A stretch of 32,000 bases of DNA from Candidatus Woesearchaeota archaeon (GTDB taxonomy: Archaea > Nanobdellota > Nanobdellia > Nanobdellales > CAZNIQ01), in contig CAZNIQ010000004.1 in assembly GCA_964573185.1 (NCBI GenBank), forward strand, positions 3,679-35,678, in the 5' to 3' direction. Below are positions 14,707 through 23,945 of the stretch, piece after piece. The stretch's first letter is position 1. The number at the start of each line of letters is the position of its first letter. The notes under the pieces were generated by a model. It did not search any database and had not been told where the DNA came from. It saw only the letters and a list, made by a program, of their open reading frames with translations. Both the position numbers and the translations under genes were made by a program.

Positions 14707-14879
14707 TCCACATACGTAAATGCCCAAAATGTAATATCTACGTACTTGATGAGAAGTGTCCTATATGCGGGGAAAGAACTATAAGACCCATACCTCCAAA
14801 GTTCTCACCAGAAGATAAATATGGAAAATACAGGAGAATTATAAAAAGAAAGATTTTAGAAGAAAAAGGTTGGCTTTAA
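14703..14879 (+). CDS. nop10: H/ACA RNP protein Nop10
   Basis: Hand-translated 58-aa ORF that is absent from the ORF track: MIHIRKCPKCNIYVLDEKCPICGERTIRPIPPKFSPEDKYGKYRRIIKRKILEEKGWL. It has a zinc ribbon and the PxxFSPEDKY motif. An ATGA motif overlaps the aIF2-alpha stop. Confidence 0.85.
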   Translation: MIHIRKCPKCNIYVLDEKCPICGERTIRPIPPKFSPEDKYGKYRRIIKRKILEEKGWL

Positions 14880-14882
14880 AGT

Positions 14883-15647
14883 ATGATCATAATCAAGAAA
14901 CTCAAAGAAGTTAAAGTAGAAAACGGTGTTTTAATTTATGGAATGGGAGGGGGAATGGGACAGATTGCTAAAATAATAGGAGATTACTTGATAGATAAAT
15001 TAAACCCCGAAAAAATCATAGAAATATATGGAGACATTTTTCCTCATGTTGTAACAGTAGATGAAAATGCAATATTACATCCAATAACTGCAGAGATATA
15101 TTATAAAAAAGTAAAGGACCAAGATGTTTTAATTTTGGTAGGGGAGACACAACCTTATGATGAAAGGGGACAATATGAATTTGCCTTCAAACTCTTAGAA
15201 CTCTTAAAGAAACTTGGAGTAAAGTTAATTATAACTACAGGTGGATATGATATAGGTTACGAACCTGAAAGTCCGAATGTTTATATTGCGGCAACAGATA
15301 AAGAAGTATTAGAAGAATTTAAAAAGAAAGAAGAAAGATTAAGGTTAGATTTTTCAAGCAATATAGTAGGATTAGCTGGATTGTTACCGGCTCTAGCTAA
15401 GTATTATGATCTTAAAGGAGTGGTCCTTTTAGCTGAAACGCTTGGACATCCTATGTACGTTGGTCTCAGGGGAGCAAAAGCAATATTAGAAGTTCTGAAT
15501 AAATTATTTGATTGGAATATTGATCTTAAAGATCTTGAAAAAGAAATAGAGGAACAAAAGAAAGAAATTGAAAAAGCTCAGAAGATAGAGGAGATGAAGA
15601 AGAAAAAAGAAGAAAAGAAACTACCTCCTACCACGTATATTGGCTGA
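14883..15647 (+). CDS. PAC2-family protein (proteasome assembly chaperone-like)
   Basis: The pattern VLIYGMGGGMGQIAKIIGDYL...VLILVGETQP...LLAETLGHP fits PAC2/PbaA-like proteins. The tail is lysine/glutamate-rich. Confidence 0.55.
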   Translation: MIIIKKLKEVKVENGVLIYGMGGGMGQIAKIIGDYLIDKLNPEKIIEIYGDIFPHVVTVDENAILHPITAEIYYKKVKDQDVLILVGETQPYDERGQYEFAFKLLELLKKLGVKLIITTGGYDIGYEPESPNVYIAATDKEVLEEFKKKEERLRLDFSSNIVGLAGLLPALAKYYDLKGVVLLAETLGHPMYVGLRGAKAILEVLNKLFDWNIDLKDLEKEIEEQKKEIEKAQKIEEMKKKKEEKKLPPTTYIG

Positions 15648-16019
15648 TCTTTTTAACATTTCATTTTCTGCTTTTAGATTATTTATCATTAACATTAATT
15701 GAATTATTTTATGTGAAAGGTCATTTAAGAATTTGTTTAAATCATGATTTGTTAAAGTTATTTTCTCTGGTTCTATAACTTCAATTACCGAGGGAGTATA
15801 ATCAATATAGAAATTTAAGAACGTCTCTAAATCCTTAAATTCAATTTCTAATTCTGCAAAAGTTGTATATAACTGTCCTCTTTGTACTGGTTCCTCTATT
15901 TTCTCTTTCAAAATCTTTATACCGTTATAAGATCTTACTTCTGCTAAAAGTTTGTTTAAAAAATCTTGTAAAAATTCTTTAGGAGCGCCTGCAGCCTCAA
16001 AAACAACCCTTGCTCTCAT
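15621..16019 (-). CDS. hypothetical protein
   Basis: 132-aa ORF co-oriented with rpl44e, whose stop it overlaps by 4 nt. No family was recognised. Confidence 0.45.
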   Translation of the reverse strand: MRARVVFEAAGAPKEFLQDFLNKLLAEVRSYNGIKILKEKIEEPVQRGQLYTTFAELEIEFKDLETFLNFYIDYTPSVIEVIEPEKITLTNHDLNKFLNDLSHKIIQLMLMINNLKAENEMLKRSANIRGRR

Positions 16020-16324
16020 CTCTTAATTTCTATTCTCTTTAACCTTATTCCTAATGATTTTACAATAGCTTTTCCACATTCCTTGCAAATTAATCTTAAA
16101 TCCGGAACCCTAGAACCAGCTTTTACTCCTACTCTCTTTCTTTGGCTCATGGGCCTTTTAGAATACTTTCCGTGGTTTCCTTTTCCTTTTATAGCAAGGT
16201 TTCTTCTTCTAACACCCCAAACAAGACCAGATCTTTTAGTTGTAGGCTTTACTAACTTGACCTCATGTACAGTATGCTTTCTACAATATGGACAGTATGT
16301 TGTGATTTCTTTAGGGAGCTTCAT
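16016..16324 (-). CDS. rpl44e: 50S ribosomal protein L44e (eL42)
   Basis: Zinc ribbon YCPYCRKHTVHEV...CKECGK. The middle is basic (GKGNHGKYSKRP). Confidence 0.85.
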   Translation of the reverse strand: MKLPKEITTYCPYCRKHTVHEVKLVKPTTKRSGLVWGVRRRNLAIKGKGNHGKYSKRPMSQRKRVGVKAGSRVPDLRLICKECGKAIVKSLGIRLKRIEIKR

Positions 16325-16923
16325 ATTCGAATTTCTTCTGCGAACCCAGAATTTATTAACATTTCGGCTACATCTTTTGGTAACGTAACTATCTCTTCTG
16401 GTTTATAAGGCCCATAGGTTTGTAGATCTGTACCGACGAACTCGGATATCTCCTTTACAATTCTAACAACTTTTACATTTCTCTCTTTTGGCAAACCAGA
16501 TGCTTTTAGTATTTTATTCAATTCCTTTCCTAATTCTTCTAATTTTGGTTTTTCTCCAGAAAGAACTGATTCTAAAACATATTTTCTAAAAGCTAATAAA
16601 GTATTAAAAAGTATTTTATATAATACTTTTTCCTCAATAGTTAATTTATCAATATCTTCGCTTTCAGATTTTAATCTTGAAGTTATCAATGCTAATTCTA
16701 ATATCTTTTTTTCCCTTAAATCATAAATATCTCTTATCAATAATTTCAAGTTTTCAAGTTCTATTCTAAGTTTTTTCAGCTCTTCCGTATCTATTTCCTT
16801 TACTTTCTCAATAATTCTGTTTAGTCTACTTATTTGATCTGCTACCTTTCTGTAAAATAGCTCATCCAATTTTTGGATACTTCTTAGATTTTTCTCCTTT
16901 TGATAAATTGAGAATAAGTTCAT
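16321..16923 (-). CDS. GINS complex subunit (Gins51-like)
   Basis: The C-terminal domain VRIVKEISEFVGTDLQTYGPYKPEEIVTLPKDVAEMLINSGFAEEI matches the Gins51 pattern. The gene lies next to the primase gene, as in other archaea. Confidence 0.65.
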   Translation of the reverse strand: MNLFSIYQKEKNLRSIQKLDELFYRKVADQISRLNRIIEKVKEIDTEELKKLRIELENLKLLIRDIYDLREKKILELALITSRLKSESEDIDKLTIEEKVLYKILFNTLLAFRKYVLESVLSGEKPKLEELGKELNKILKASGLPKERNVKVVRIVKEISEFVGTDLQTYGPYKPEEIVTLPKDVAEMLINSGFAEEIRI

Positions 16924-18266
16924 AATTTAAGTTTACCTTTTTCCTTTAAATATTTTTTATATGGATATTGTAGAGGATTTTTTATCAATTGGCAAATTTC
17001 ATCCGGTTCGCACACTCCCATATCTTTATAATAATTTTCGTTATTACAATTAGGAGGAAGATATTGCTTTTTCTTTTCTTCCCAAGTTTTTTTATGCCAC
17101 TCCCATTGATACTCTATGTATCTCTCCCTTAAAGGCTCAGGATTCCTTTCGTTCCATTCTTCTAAAAGTTGTTTAATCTCGTCCCATTCCCATCCAACAT
17201 GCTTCAAGAAGTTTATGAGAATAAATACAGCACGTTTTCTACCGTCTTCTAATCCTTGTAAGATCTTCTTAATACATGGCGGAAAATATTTTTCATCAAA
17301 TTTCTTTGGAAACTTTATTTTCTTCTTATCCTTTTGTATTTCTTCAATTATTTCTTCTCTTTCTCTTTCAGCAATAAACTCTCTCGTTAATTGTTCTAAC
17401 TTCTGTTTTTCTAATTTTTGCAATTCTTCCCATGCTAAAGCAGAATAGATTAATTCTGTAATCTCTTCTTTAACATTTTCAGTATCTAAAAATTTTGTTC
17501 CATCCCACTCATAATTATCTAAAGAAGCTTCTGATGGTTCAAAATACTTGATATCCTCTTCTCTTAAAGGAATTGAAAGCAAATTTGTTTTTTCATTTAA
17601 GGAAAAAGGCATACGGAAAAGGTGTCTAACTGAGATTAAAATGGTATCAATTGAAACTAACTTAAATACATCAAAAGAGTCTAAATTATATTTTTTAATT
17701 AATTCTTCTTCAGAAAAGTTCCTTAAAAGTTTTTTCTCTAAAGGTTCCTTAATTTTGTAAGCTATAAAAGAAGCTAAAGTTCTTGCTAAGTCTGGAAATA
17801 AATCTTTAGTTTTCTTTCCATCAAGTTCTTTAGGAAAAGCTTCCCATGGAATTGCTATATGAAAACCTTTACCTCCAGAAAACTTTATGCTATATGATTC
17901 AACGTTATAATCTTTTAATACTTTAAGAATTTCAAATAGTGCAAGTCTAGATAATTCCAAATCTTTTCCATCAATATCTATAATAAAATCCCAGCCTATT
18001 CTTAATTCATTTAACTCTTTTTTCTTCATTTTTGGAGATAACAACATTGGATCCTTCCATCTTTCCTCCGAAATATGAAAAGATATTGCTTTTTGTTTAA
18101 TCAACTCTAATATATCTCCTTCATTTTGGAGAATAAATGGTCTTTTTCCAAAAGCCCCAGATTCATATCTAAAAGTAAATTCTCTATTCTGAGCTACTCT
18201 AACCATCTCAGAAAGTATTTCTCTATTTTTTTGATAAAACTTTAAGAGCTTAAGCCTAATTCCCAT
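16920..18266 (-). CDS. DNA primase: PriS catalytic domain fused to a PriL-type Fe-S C-terminal domain
   Basis: The N-terminal part has the AEP motifs DFIIDIDGKD and SGGKGFHIAIPW. The C-terminal part has FPPCIKKIL...GRKRAVFILINFLKHVGW plus the cysteines PPNC, GVC and EIC, which could be Fe-S ligands. Confidence 0.8.
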   Translation of the reverse strand: MGIRLKLLKFYQKNREILSEMVRVAQNREFTFRYESGAFGKRPFILQNEGDILELIKQKAISFHISEERWKDPMLLSPKMKKKELNELRIGWDFIIDIDGKDLELSRLALFEILKVLKDYNVESYSIKFSGGKGFHIAIPWEAFPKELDGKKTKDLFPDLARTLASFIAYKIKEPLEKKLLRNFSEEELIKKYNLDSFDVFKLVSIDTILISVRHLFRMPFSLNEKTNLLSIPLREEDIKYFEPSEASLDNYEWDGTKFLDTENVKEEITELIYSALAWEELQKLEKQKLEQLTREFIAEREREEIIEEIQKDKKKIKFPKKFDEKYFPPCIKKILQGLEDGRKRAVFILINFLKHVGWEWDEIKQLLEEWNERNPEPLRERYIEYQWEWHKKTWEEKKKQYLPPNCNNENYYKDMGVCEPDEICQLIKNPLQYPYKKYLKEKGKLKL

Positions 18267-19111
18267 AGTAATTCTTCTTTGCTTTTAATTTTCAAAATGT
18301 CTTCTTTTCTAATAAATATAAAATCATTTTCTTTCTTCTTATTTGAAATAACAATTGGCTCCACTTTTAATTTTTCCTTTAACTCGTATAACAACTCTTT
18401 ATATTTTTGATAATAGTTTTCATACGTAAAACCTATTCTTTCTTTTTCTTTCAAAAGTATATTTGCGCAAAACCTTTTAATTTCGTAAACATTGAAACCG
18501 AGATCCTTTAGTTTTTTCGCTATCTCCTCTTTTAATGAAATATTAGTATGTAACTTTTCTTTCATATATTCGCTTAGAGTTTTGAAAATATCAAAACCTA
18601 ATAATTCTCCCAATTTTATTGCTATATCTATTGAAGGATTCGCCTTCCCAAGCTTGTATTTAATTAAAGCACTCTTCGAAATTCCAGTATTATTGATGAT
18701 TTCGCTCGTTCTCATTTCTCTTATTTTATTTTGAAATCTTTCTTTATTTAGCAAAACTACTAAATCTTTTCCTTGCCTTTTAACAACAAATATCTCTTTT
18801 TTAAGAAATTTTCTAAAAGTACTTGGAGATAACACGATCAAATCATATCTTTCGTAAATAATATTATCTTGTAATTTATTTTTCAATTTCTCTGCAACAA
18901 TTACAGGCAAGGTTTCTAGATATTCTGCTAATACCTTTATTTCATCTGCTATCTCTTTCTTTAAAGCTAAGGCATCATAATAGACTTTTATTACTAATTT
19001 CTTTTCACCTTTTTCAGCATAAAAGTCTATTATAGGCAATCCAAAGTAAATAAAATGATAATTTTCCTCTTTTAAAGAATTCATTACATTTAGTATAAGT
19101 CTTTCCCTCAT
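18242..19111 (-). CDS. HTH (XRE-type) domain protein, putative transcriptional regulator
   Basis: The central segment MRTSEIINNTGISKSALIKYKLGKANPSIDIAIKLGELLG is a helix-turn-helix. 289 aa. Confidence 0.55.
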   Translation of the reverse strand: MRERLILNVMNSLKEENYHFIYFGLPIIDFYAEKGEKKLVIKVYYDALALKKEIADEIKVLAEYLETLPVIVAEKLKNKLQDNIIYERYDLIVLSPSTFRKFLKKEIFVVKRQGKDLVVLLNKERFQNKIREMRTSEIINNTGISKSALIKYKLGKANPSIDIAIKLGELLGFDIFKTLSEYMKEKLHTNISLKEEIAKKLKDLGFNVYEIKRFCANILLKEKERIGFTYENYYQKYKELLYELKEKLKVEPIVISNKKKENDFIFIRKEDILKIKSKEELLWELGLSS

Positions 19112-19154
19112 AGTAAGTAATTACTTTTAAAAGGGTAAAAAGGTTTGCTACTGA

Positions 19155-19709
19155 ATGTTCTATGAAATTACCATTGAAGATTATGTTAGAGTTGACCCCA
19201 AATATTTAGGTTTGCCAAAAAAGGAAGCTGTTCTTCAAGCATTAAAAGAAGAGTATACCGGTAAAATTTCAAAAGAACTGGGTATAGTTATAGGAGTTAT
19301 AGATGTTTTGGAAGTTGGACAAGGGAAAATAATACCAGAAGATGGAGGTGTTTGGTTTCCCGCCAAATTCAAAATACTAACATTTAAGCCAGAGATACAA
19401 GAGGTGGTTTTAGGTATAGTAAACACGGTTACGGATTTTGGTGCTTTTATAAACATTGGTCCGATAGATGCTTTAGTACATATTTCTCAAATAATGGATG
19501 ATGTCGTTTCTTATTCAAAAGAAGGAGTTCTAATGGGGAAAAATACTAAAAGAGTGTTAAAAGTTGGAGATAAAGTTAGAGCGAGGATTATAGCTGTATC
19601 TTATAAAGATCCAACGAATCCGAAAGTAGCATGTACAATGAGACAGCCAGGATTAGGCAAATTAGAGTGGATACAAGAAGAGAAAGAAAAAGCTAAAAAG
19701 AAAAAATAA
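19155..19709 (+). CDS. rpoE: DNA-directed RNA polymerase subunit E' (Rpb7 homolog)
   Basis: The N-terminal Rpb7 fold is followed by an S1 domain (GIVNTVTDFGAFINIGPIDALVHISQI). It is followed by spt4. Confidence 0.85.
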   Translation: MFYEITIEDYVRVDPKYLGLPKKEAVLQALKEEYTGKISKELGIVIGVIDVLEVGQGKIIPEDGGVWFPAKFKILTFKPEIQEVVLGIVNTVTDFGAFINIGPIDALVHISQIMDDVVSYSKEGVLMGKNTKRVLKVGDKVRARIIAVSYKDPTNPKVACTMRQPGLGKLEWIQEEKEKAKKKK

Positions 19710-19719
19710 ATAAAGTTCT

Positions 19720-19935
19720 ATGCCTAAAGGGGTTAGAGGTAGATTAAAGAGAAAAGCTTGTATTAAATGTAAAGCAGTGGTTCCTTATGATACAAAAGTT
19801 TGTCCTGTTTGTGGTTCAACAGAATTTTCAGAGGATTTCGTAGGTTTAGTAGTAATTGTGGATACAGAAAAATCTCTAATCGCAAAAAAGTTAGGTATTA
19901 AAAAACCATTTACATATGCTCTAAAGGTAAGATGA
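19720..19935 (+). CDS. spt4: transcription elongation factor Spt4 (RpoE'')
   Basis: Zinc ribbon CIKCKAVV...CPVCGS followed by GLVVIVDTEKSLIAKKLGI...YALKV. Confidence 0.85.
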   Translation: MPKGVRGRLKRKACIKCKAVVPYDTKVCPVCGSTEFSEDFVGLVVIVDTEKSLIAKKLGIKKPFTYALKVR

Positions 19936-20744
19936 ATTATATAAGAGTTACAGATTTAGTAGATTATTTAATCTGTCCTAGAAAGGTTTATTTCAAATTG
20001 GTATTAGGGTTAGAAGAGGAAAAGAAAGAAGAGATGTTGAAAGGTGAAATAATACATAAGATCTTTGAGGAATTTAATGATAAAGAAGAAGAAATTGTTT
20101 ATGAGATTCTAGAGCCGGTACCTTATGATAAAATTTACAAACTGTATTATGACGCTTTCCGAGAGACAGTTGATTCGGTTTTAAATTCTTATGAAGAGGA
20201 ACTAAAAGAGTTTAATTTAAGTAAAGAAGAATTAAAGTTAGAAATTTTAGATCATTTCAAATATGAGATTGAGGATAGGGCAAAGAACGTTTATCAAACC
20301 ATGAAAGCTTTAGATCTATATGGTATTGAATTATGGGATGCTTTAGAACCTAAGATAAAGTCTGAAGTAGAATTAATTTCGGATGATTTAAAACTTGTAG
20401 GAAGAATAGATAGGATAGAGTTTTACAAGGATATAGCAATTCCCGTTGAAATTAAAACTGGAAATCGTATAGGTTTTATTCATAAATTTCAATTGCATGC
20501 TTACGCTTTATTGATTAGAGATAATTTCTCTTATTATGACATCCCATTAGGTTACGTTTATTATACAAAATTGAGAAAAAGAAAAGAGGTTAGGTTTTCA
20601 GAAAAAATATTCAAGATGGTTATAGAAGTAAGAAACAAGATATGGGATATTATTGAAGAACAGAAGATGCCAGAAGAAAGAAATGAAAAGCTCTGCTCAA
20701 AATGTCCATTTAGAGAACAATGCTTGAAATTAAAGGTAAAGTAG
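19932..20744 (+). CDS. Cas4/DUF83-like PD-(D/E)xK nuclease with Fe-S cysteines
   Basis: There is an N-terminal Cys (LICPRKVYF). The core reads GRIDRIE...PVEIKTG...QLHAYALL. The C-terminal cluster is CSKCPFREQC. No CRISPR array is nearby. Confidence 0.7.
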   Translation: MNYIRVTDLVDYLICPRKVYFKLVLGLEEEKKEEMLKGEIIHKIFEEFNDKEEEIVYEILEPVPYDKIYKLYYDAFRETVDSVLNSYEEELKEFNLSKEELKLEILDHFKYEIEDRAKNVYQTMKALDLYGIELWDALEPKIKSEVELISDDLKLVGRIDRIEFYKDIAIPVEIKTGNRIGFIHKFQLHAYALLIRDNFSYYDIPLGYVYYTKLRKRKEVRFSEKIFKMVIEVRNKIWDIIEEQKMPEERNEKLCSKCPFREQCLKLKVK

Positions 20745-21073
20745 AGGCCATATCTTATAGAAATAAAGCTATAAAAGTAAATGGCAAGTGGTACAACGCT
20801 ACTGAAGATGTTCTAAAGAAAGTTGCAAAAGGAGATATCGTAAAAATCTATGTTGAAGATAACAATGTTATTGATGTTGAAAGATTAACGGAACTTCCAA
20901 AAGAAGATAGAATAAAAATTTTGGAAATTGCGACAGAGATTCTAAAATTAACAATACAAACAACACCATCATTTGTTACAGCAGAAGAAGTTGATTTTGA
21001 GAAAAATAAAAAGAAGTTATTAAAAGAATTATTTTCTATTGCTGAAGAAATAGAGAAATGGATATTGAAATAG
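20720..21073 (+). CDS. hypothetical protein (possible OB-fold N-terminus)
   Basis: 117-aa ORF that overlaps its neighbours at both ends. No family was recognised. Confidence 0.45.
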   Translation: MLEIKGKVEAISYRNKAIKVNGKWYNATEDVLKKVAKGDIVKIYVEDNNVIDVERLTELPKEDRIKILEIATEILKLTIQTTPSFVTAEEVDFEKNKKKLLKELFSIAEEIEKWILK

Positions 21074-21861
21074 ACCTAAATAAGCCCATATATGAGCAAA
21101 TCTCTGAATTTTTTGAAAAATTAAGGAAATTAAAAGAAAAAAGAGAAAGATTAATTAAAAGAATAGAAGAATTGAAGAAAAAACTTGAAGAAGTTAAGAA
21201 AGAAGGTCAAAAAAGAAAAGAGATTAAAAAAGAGAAGAAGGAGTGGTATGAAAACTTTAGGTGGTTTATAACATCTGATGGTTTTCTAGTTGTAGCTGGT
21301 AAAGACGCTTTAACAAATGAAATTCTTATCAAAAAATACATGGAAGATAAAGATATTGTCTTGCATGCTGACATTGTTGGTTCTCCTTTCGGATTAATCA
21401 AAACCAAAGGAAAAGAAGTTTCTGAAAGCACTATAAAAGAAGCTGCAAAATTTGTTGCAAGTTACTCAAGAGCATGGAGAGAAGGATTGTATGCTATGGA
21501 AGTATATTGGGTATATCCAAATCAAGTTTCAAAAAAAGCGCCTTCAGGAGAATATTTACCGAAAGGAGCATTTATGATTTATGGTAAGAAAAACTATTTG
21601 ACTGTAAACTTAGAAGTTGCTATAGGTGTTGATTCTGAAGGAAATATAATTCATGGTGTCCCAGAATCATTAGATAAGTATGCTAAAAGATATGTTGTTT
21701 TAATTCCGGGAAATAAAAAAGCTGATTTTTTAGTTAAAAAAATCTCAAATTTCTTAGGGGTTAAGGATAAAGAATCATTAGAAGAGATTAAAAGATGGAT
21801 ACCTTATGGAGTTGGTGAAATAAAAGATTTTCGTTTAGGAAAGGTAGTAACTAGACAATAA
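21058..21861 (+). CDS. NFACT-R (DUF814) domain protein, equivalent to the C-terminal half of an RqcH/NEMF-like ribosome quality control factor
   Basis: A coiled coil is followed by FRWFITSDGFLVVAGKDALTNEILIKKY...DIVLHADIVGSP...YWVYPNQVSKKAPSGEYLPKGAFMIYGKKN. Confidence 0.7.
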   Translation: MDIEIDLNKPIYEQISEFFEKLRKLKEKRERLIKRIEELKKKLEEVKKEGQKRKEIKKEKKEWYENFRWFITSDGFLVVAGKDALTNEILIKKYMEDKDIVLHADIVGSPFGLIKTKGKEVSESTIKEAAKFVASYSRAWREGLYAMEVYWVYPNQVSKKAPSGEYLPKGAFMIYGKKNYLTVNLEVAIGVDSEGNIIHGVPESLDKYAKRYVVLIPGNKKADFLVKKISNFLGVKDKESLEEIKRWIPYGVGEIKDFRLGKVVTRQ

Positions 21862-21894
21862 TCTTTATAAAGTCTTGTATTATATAGTAGTAGT

Positions 21895-23415
21895 ATGAGA
21901 GGGAAGCTGTTACCACTATTAGGTGCTCTAGTTCTAGTACCAGCAATTTTAGCATTGCAGTATACACCACAGGTAGTATCTTATACGAAAGCCGTACCCT
22001 CTGCTGAAGACACTGTAACATTTTATTTATATTTACCGAACATAACAAACGTTTCTACAGCGAAACTAAAATTAGAAGTATACGTATATAAATTACCATA
22101 TGAAGAATTAGTTTACTATACAGAAAAGAGTTATACCGAAAGCGATTTAGGAAAAGTAGTTGCTTTAAGATTGTATCCAACTGAATGGAGCGTACATGAC
22201 GATGGAATATATAAAGTAGTAATTACAGGTGGTGGCTACATTGAATATACAAATAACACTGTAGAAGGAATTAGCGTTTCAGAAGAACAGTATAATATTT
22301 ATATAAAACCATACGTAACAAACTACGATATAGACTTAGTAGAAGTTTCACCAGATTTAAGCAAAGTTCCATATATTGAAAGAAAAGAAGTAAGATTATT
22401 AGTAACAGTTAGAAATGATGGTTTATTAGACATAGATGATGCTAGAGTATGCTTAGAAGTATTTGATAACTATGGAGGATTAATAGAGAAGACATGTACA
22501 AGGTATTTTGATTTGGCATCTGGAGAGAAGAAAACAATAGAGGTAACATTAGATGGTACTAAATTAGAGTATGGAAAAGAGTATACAGTAGTAATTTATG
22601 CAGAAGGTGCTGGAGAAAAAGAAGAAAAGACATACAACATAAAAGTAGGATATCCTAACAAAATAGAAGTAGTAGGATTTGATTATTCACCATTAATAGT
22701 AAAGCCCGGAGATTATGTATTACTAAGATTTTATATCAAAAACGAGTATAATAAGAACGTAGTAATAACTCCTATAGTAATATCCTATGATCTTAACTTA
22801 TACAAAGAGTTAGATTCAGTAACATTAGAACCCTTAGAAACTAAGGAAATAAAGGCAGTAATAAAGATACCAAAAGATTATAAGGAACCAACAGTAAACA
22901 TATTCTTAAAACTAAGATACGATGGTTCTGTAATACAATATACTGGCAAGGTATATGTAAAAACAAAGAAACCTGAAATAGAAGCAATGTTAATTGGTCC
23001 AACAGTAATAGAAAAGTCTGGAAAATTAGTATTAAAATTAACAAACTTAGAAGAAGATATAAAGCACTTAATTATTGACGCTTACCTAGAAGGAGGAGTA
23101 GTTTCAGTATCTCCATCAGAAGTAGTACTTGGTGGTAAAGGCGATACAAAAGAGGTAACAATAGAAGTAACAGGTTACGAAGAAGGAGAGAAGATATTAA
23201 AGATAGTAGTAAGGGATGCTGAAACTGGAAAAGCATATGAAGAAATTACAAAGGAATTAAAGATAGTAATGCCTAAAGCAACAACTATAACAAAAGAAAA
23301 ACAAGAATTACCAACAATTCCACCACAATACCTATTAGCAGGTGCAGCTATAGTAATAGCGGGTGTAGCAGTATACTTAGCATTAAGAGGACCAAAAGAG
23401 GAGAGACCATCTTAA
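21895..23415 (+). CDS. surface-anchored protein with repeated Ig/CARDB-like beta-sandwich domains
   Basis: Signal peptide MRGKLLPLLGALVLVPAILA. C-terminal TM anchor LLAGAAIVIAGVAVYLAL followed by a basic tail. Motifs of the type LxPGExKxIxV recur. Confidence 0.6.
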   Translation: MRGKLLPLLGALVLVPAILALQYTPQVVSYTKAVPSAEDTVTFYLYLPNITNVSTAKLKLEVYVYKLPYEELVYYTEKSYTESDLGKVVALRLYPTEWSVHDDGIYKVVITGGGYIEYTNNTVEGISVSEEQYNIYIKPYVTNYDIDLVEVSPDLSKVPYIERKEVRLLVTVRNDGLLDIDDARVCLEVFDNYGGLIEKTCTRYFDLASGEKKTIEVTLDGTKLEYGKEYTVVIYAEGAGEKEEKTYNIKVGYPNKIEVVGFDYSPLIVKPGDYVLLRFYIKNEYNKNVVITPIVISYDLNLYKELDSVTLEPLETKEIKAVIKIPKDYKEPTVNIFLKLRYDGSVIQYTGKVYVKTKKPEIEAMLIGPTVIEKSGKLVLKLTNLEEDIKHLIIDAYLEGGVVSVSPSEVVLGGKGDTKEVTIEVTGYEEGEKILKIVVRDAETGKAYEEITKELKIVMPKATTITKEKQELPTIPPQYLLAGAAIVIAGVAVYLALRGPKEERPS

Positions 23416-23445
23416 CCTTTTAATTTTTTCTTATAGTTCCTTTTT

Positions 23446-23922
23446 ATGGCTAAAAAAGCTTGGGCACCTGAAGGCGTTGAAGTAAAACCAATAGTACATT
23501 TAGCTGGAGTAGATTTGGATGGAAATAGACCTGTTTATATTGAATTAACAAAGATAAAAGGTGTTAAATGGATGTTTGCACATGCTGTTTGTATGGCTTT
23601 AGGAATAGATAAATGGAGAAAGATTGGTTCATTATCTGAAGAAGAATTAGAAAAGTTGGAAGATGCTATAAAGAATCCTGAAAAATATGGAATTCCCGCT
23701 TGGTTATATAACAGAAGAAAAGATCCTGTAGATGGAAAAGATAAGCATTTGGTCGGTGCGGATTTAGAATTCGCAATGAGACAAGACATAAAGAGAGAAA
23801 TAGAAATTGGTTCTTGGAGAGGATTTAGACATAAAGAAGGTTTACCAGTAAGAGGACAGAAAACAAGATCGCATCACAGAAGATATAAAAGAACGGTTGG
23901 TGTTCAAAGACAAAAGAAATAA
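23446..23922 (+). CDS. rps13: 30S ribosomal protein S13 (uS13)
   Basis: IVHLAGVDLDGNRPVYIELTKIKGV...SWRGFRHKEGLPVRGQKTRSHHR. Confidence 0.9.
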   Translation: MAKKAWAPEGVEVKPIVHLAGVDLDGNRPVYIELTKIKGVKWMFAHAVCMALGIDKWRKIGSLSEEELEKLEDAIKNPEKYGIPAWLYNRRKDPVDGKDKHLVGADLEFAMRQDIKREIEIGSWRGFRHKEGLPVRGQKTRSHHRRYKRTVGVQRQKK

Positions 23923-23945
23923 AACTTTCCTAGTTCTTACATAAA

